From Gemmatimonadales bacterium (GTDB taxonomy: Bacteria; Gemmatimonadota; Gemmatimonadetes; Gemmatimonadales; GWC2-71-9): 64,000 bases of DNA. The position numbers and the translations under genes are program-made. The stretch is from positions 3,136,001 through 3,200,000 of the forward strand of contig OZ252244.1 of NCBI GenBank assembly GCA_965249575.1, given 5' to 3'. The stretch's first letter is position 1, and each line of letters begins with the position of its first letter. Positions 61,993-64,000 of the stretch are shown in pieces. The notes under the pieces were generated by a model, which saw only the letters and a list, made by a program, of their open reading frames with translations, ran no database searches and was not told where the DNA came from.

Positions 61993-62928
61993 GTGAGAAT
62001 ACTCGTCACGGGTGCCGGGGGGTTCCTCGGGTCTCACCTTTCCGACCGGTTGGTGCGCGAGGGCCACGAAGTCGTCGGCATGGACAACTTCATTACCGGT
62101 TGCGAGGCCAACATCGCCCACCTCGGTACGGAGCCGCGCTTCACCTTCGTCAAGCATGACGTAACGCAGTTCGTTGATGTGAGCGGTCCGGTCGATGCTG
62201 TCTTCCACCTGGCATCGCCGGCGAGCCCGATCGACTATCTGCGCCTGCCAATCCAGACCTTGAAGGTGGGTGCCCTTGGCACCCACAACACCCTGGGTTT
62301 GGCCAAAGCGAAGGGCGCGACGTACTTCCTGGCGAGCACCTCCGAGGTGTATGGCGATCCGCACGTGCACCCCCAGCCGGAGTCGTACTGGGGACACGTG
62401 AATCCGGTGGGTCCCCGGGGCGTATACGACGAGGCCAAGCGTTTCGCCGAAGCGATGACCATGGCGTACCACCGGTATCACGGTGTCGATACGCGAATTG
62501 CTCGAATCTTCAATACCTACGGGCCCCGCATGCGCCCGGACGACGGGCGGGTCGTGTCGAATTTCATCGTGCAGGCGATCCGGGGTGAGCCCTTGACGGT
62601 ATACGGCGACGGATCTCAAACGCGCTCGTTCTGCTACGTCGACGACCTCATCGAGGGGTTCGTTCGTCTGCTCGTGCGGGGAAACTCGGATCCCACGAAC
62701 TTGGGTAATCCGGCGGAGTTCAGCGTACGGGGCCTCGCCGAGCTGGTGCGGGAGCAGCTTGGCTCCAAGACCCCCATCGTCGAAAGGCCCCTTCCAACCG
62801 ACGACCCCAAACAGCGCCGGCCCGACATCTCCCGTGCGAACGGTCTCCTCGGCTGGGAGCCGGCGGTGCAGCTCGAGGAGGGGCTCCGGCGCACCATCGC
62901 GCACTTCCAGAGCTCGCTAGCGGCGTGA
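61993..62928 (+). CDS. UDP-glucuronate decarboxylase (UDP-xylose synthase)
   Basis: [42 protein letters not shown]. Confidence 0.92.
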   Translation: MRILVTGAGGFLGSHLSDRLVREGHEVVGMDNFITGCEANIAHLGTEPRFTFVKHDVTQFVDVSGPVDAVFHLASPASPIDYLRLPIQTLKVGALGTHNTLGLAKAKGATYFLASTSEVYGDPHVHPQPESYWGHVNPVGPRGVYDEAKRFAEAMTMAYHRYHGVDTRIARIFNTYGPRMRPDDGRVVSNFIVQAIRGEPLTVYGDGSQTRSFCYVDDLIEGFVRLLVRGNSDPTNLGNPAEFSVRGLAELVREQLGSKTPIVERPLPTDDPKQRRPDISRANGLLGWEPAVQLEEGLRRTIAHFQSSLAA

Positions 62929-63896
62929 GCGAGCGCGTGATCGTCACCGGCGCCGCGGGATTCATCGGTGGACACGCGTGCCGGGCGCTCCTCGGGGCAG
63001 GGTACGGCGTAATCGGGTTGGACAATTTCGACCCGTTTTACGATCGCAAAGTCAAGGAAAGCGCTGTCGCCGATCTGTCGGCTTCCGCGACCTTCTCGTT
63101 CGTCGAGGGCGACGTTCGAGACTCCGAGGCTCTGGACCACGTGTGCCGTGGCGCGAGCGTCATCGTCCACTTGGCGGCCCGCGCAGGAGTTCGGCCGAGC
63201 ATCCAGGATCCCGTGTTCTATGCCTCCACCAACGTGGAGGGGACCGTATCAGTCTTGGAGGCGAGCCGCCGAGCGGGAATCCGACGGATCGTGTTCGGGT
63301 CCTCGTCGTCGGTGTACGGCAACAGCTCCGCGGTTCCGTTTTGCGAGACCGCGCCGGCAGTGGATCCCATCTCGCCGTACGCGGCCACGAAACGTGCCGG
63401 CGAACTCATTGCGTCCGTCTACACCGGCCTGCATGGGTTCCGAGTCGCAGCATTGCGATTCTTCACTGCCTATGGTCCCCGGCAGCGACCAGATCTGGCC
63501 ATTCACCGGTTTACCAAGCTCCTGCTCGATGGTCGTACGGTTCCCCAGTACGGCGACGGCTCCAGCGAACGGGACTACACGCACGTCGACGACGTGGTAC
63601 GCGGCGTCGTCGGGGCGATCGAGTGGACGCAGGCTCCGGATGCCGCGTTTGAGATCTTCAACCTTGGCGAATCGAGGATGGTCAGACTCGACTACCTAAT
63701 AGATCTCATCGCGACAGCCGCCGGGGTGCCCGCCGCTGTCGAGACACTTCCCGAGCAGCCCGGTGACGTCCGGCGCACGTGCGCGGATATCCAGAAAGCT
63801 CGGCGCGTCCTGGGTTACGATCCGCAGGTGGTGATTGAAGACGGGATTCCCAAGTTTGTCCAATGGTATCGGGAGGCTTATGGACGTCAGTCCTAA
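62925..63896 (+). CDS. NAD-dependent epimerase (UDP-glucuronate 4-epimerase/WcaG-like)
   Basis: [37 protein letters not shown]. Confidence 0.88.
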   Translation: MSERVIVTGAAGFIGGHACRALLGAGYGVIGLDNFDPFYDRKVKESAVADLSASATFSFVEGDVRDSEALDHVCRGASVIVHLAARAGVRPSIQDPVFYASTNVEGTVSVLEASRRAGIRRIVFGSSSSVYGNSSAVPFCETAPAVDPISPYAATKRAGELIASVYTGLHGFRVAALRFFTAYGPRQRPDLAIHRFTKLLLDGRTVPQYGDGSSERDYTHVDDVVRGVVGAIEWTQAPDAAFEIFNLGESRMVRLDYLIDLIATAAGVPAAVETLPEQPGDVRRTCADIQKARRVLGYDPQVVIEDGIPKFVQWYREAYGRQS

Positions 63897-64000
63897 CCAA
63901 CTCATGGAGCAGGCCAAGGAGCGATTCGCGCTCCAAGACTACTACGGGTGTATCCATCTCCTCGAAGATGTCGTGGAGTCGGGCCGTGCCTTCGCGGATG
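63880..64000 (+). CDS. 5' part of a probable TPR protein (runs off the window)
   Basis: [48 protein letters not shown]. Confidence 0.6.
   Translation, partial: MDVSPNQLMEQAKERFALQDYYGCIHLLEDVVESGRAFAD

Overview
High-GC bacterial chromosomal segment. Gene content and style suggest Gemmatimonadota or a similar diderm, but this is inference. It is mostly housekeeping, in this order: tRNA-Ala; sodA with a divergent, frameshifted peroxiredoxin; a two-kinase/one-regulator two-component cluster upstream of a TonB-ExbB-ExbD-ExbD operon; a peptidoglycan-sugar scavenging cluster (NamZ, NagZ, two SSS symporters, BadF-type kinase); a PI(P) synthase-ino1 pair; a copper-efflux module joined to a 2-oxoacid dehydrogenase operon; trxB; aspA-Rrf2-cysM-moeZ; tRNA-Leu; smpB; amidase; pyrD/pyrF; the rpmJ-rplQ alpha operon; rpmB; and a long nucleotide-sugar cluster containing carB and murB. 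The most unusual items are: (i) an intact but catalytically dead IS200-type (HUH/Y1) transposase homologue lying antisense inside the dehydrogenase operon; (ii) a ~4.3 kb integrase-free island (about 32.8-37.1 kb) bounded by two nested pairs of diverged direct repeats, carrying a CHT1-like symporter, an SDR lacking its catalytic Ser/Tyr and a Fuseless-motif membrane protein; (iii) head-to-head nagZ/namZ starts with almost no intergenic space; (iv) a three-unit 11-bp-period OmpR/PhoB-type operator upstream of tonB. All family assignments are by motif recognition only; no database search was run.
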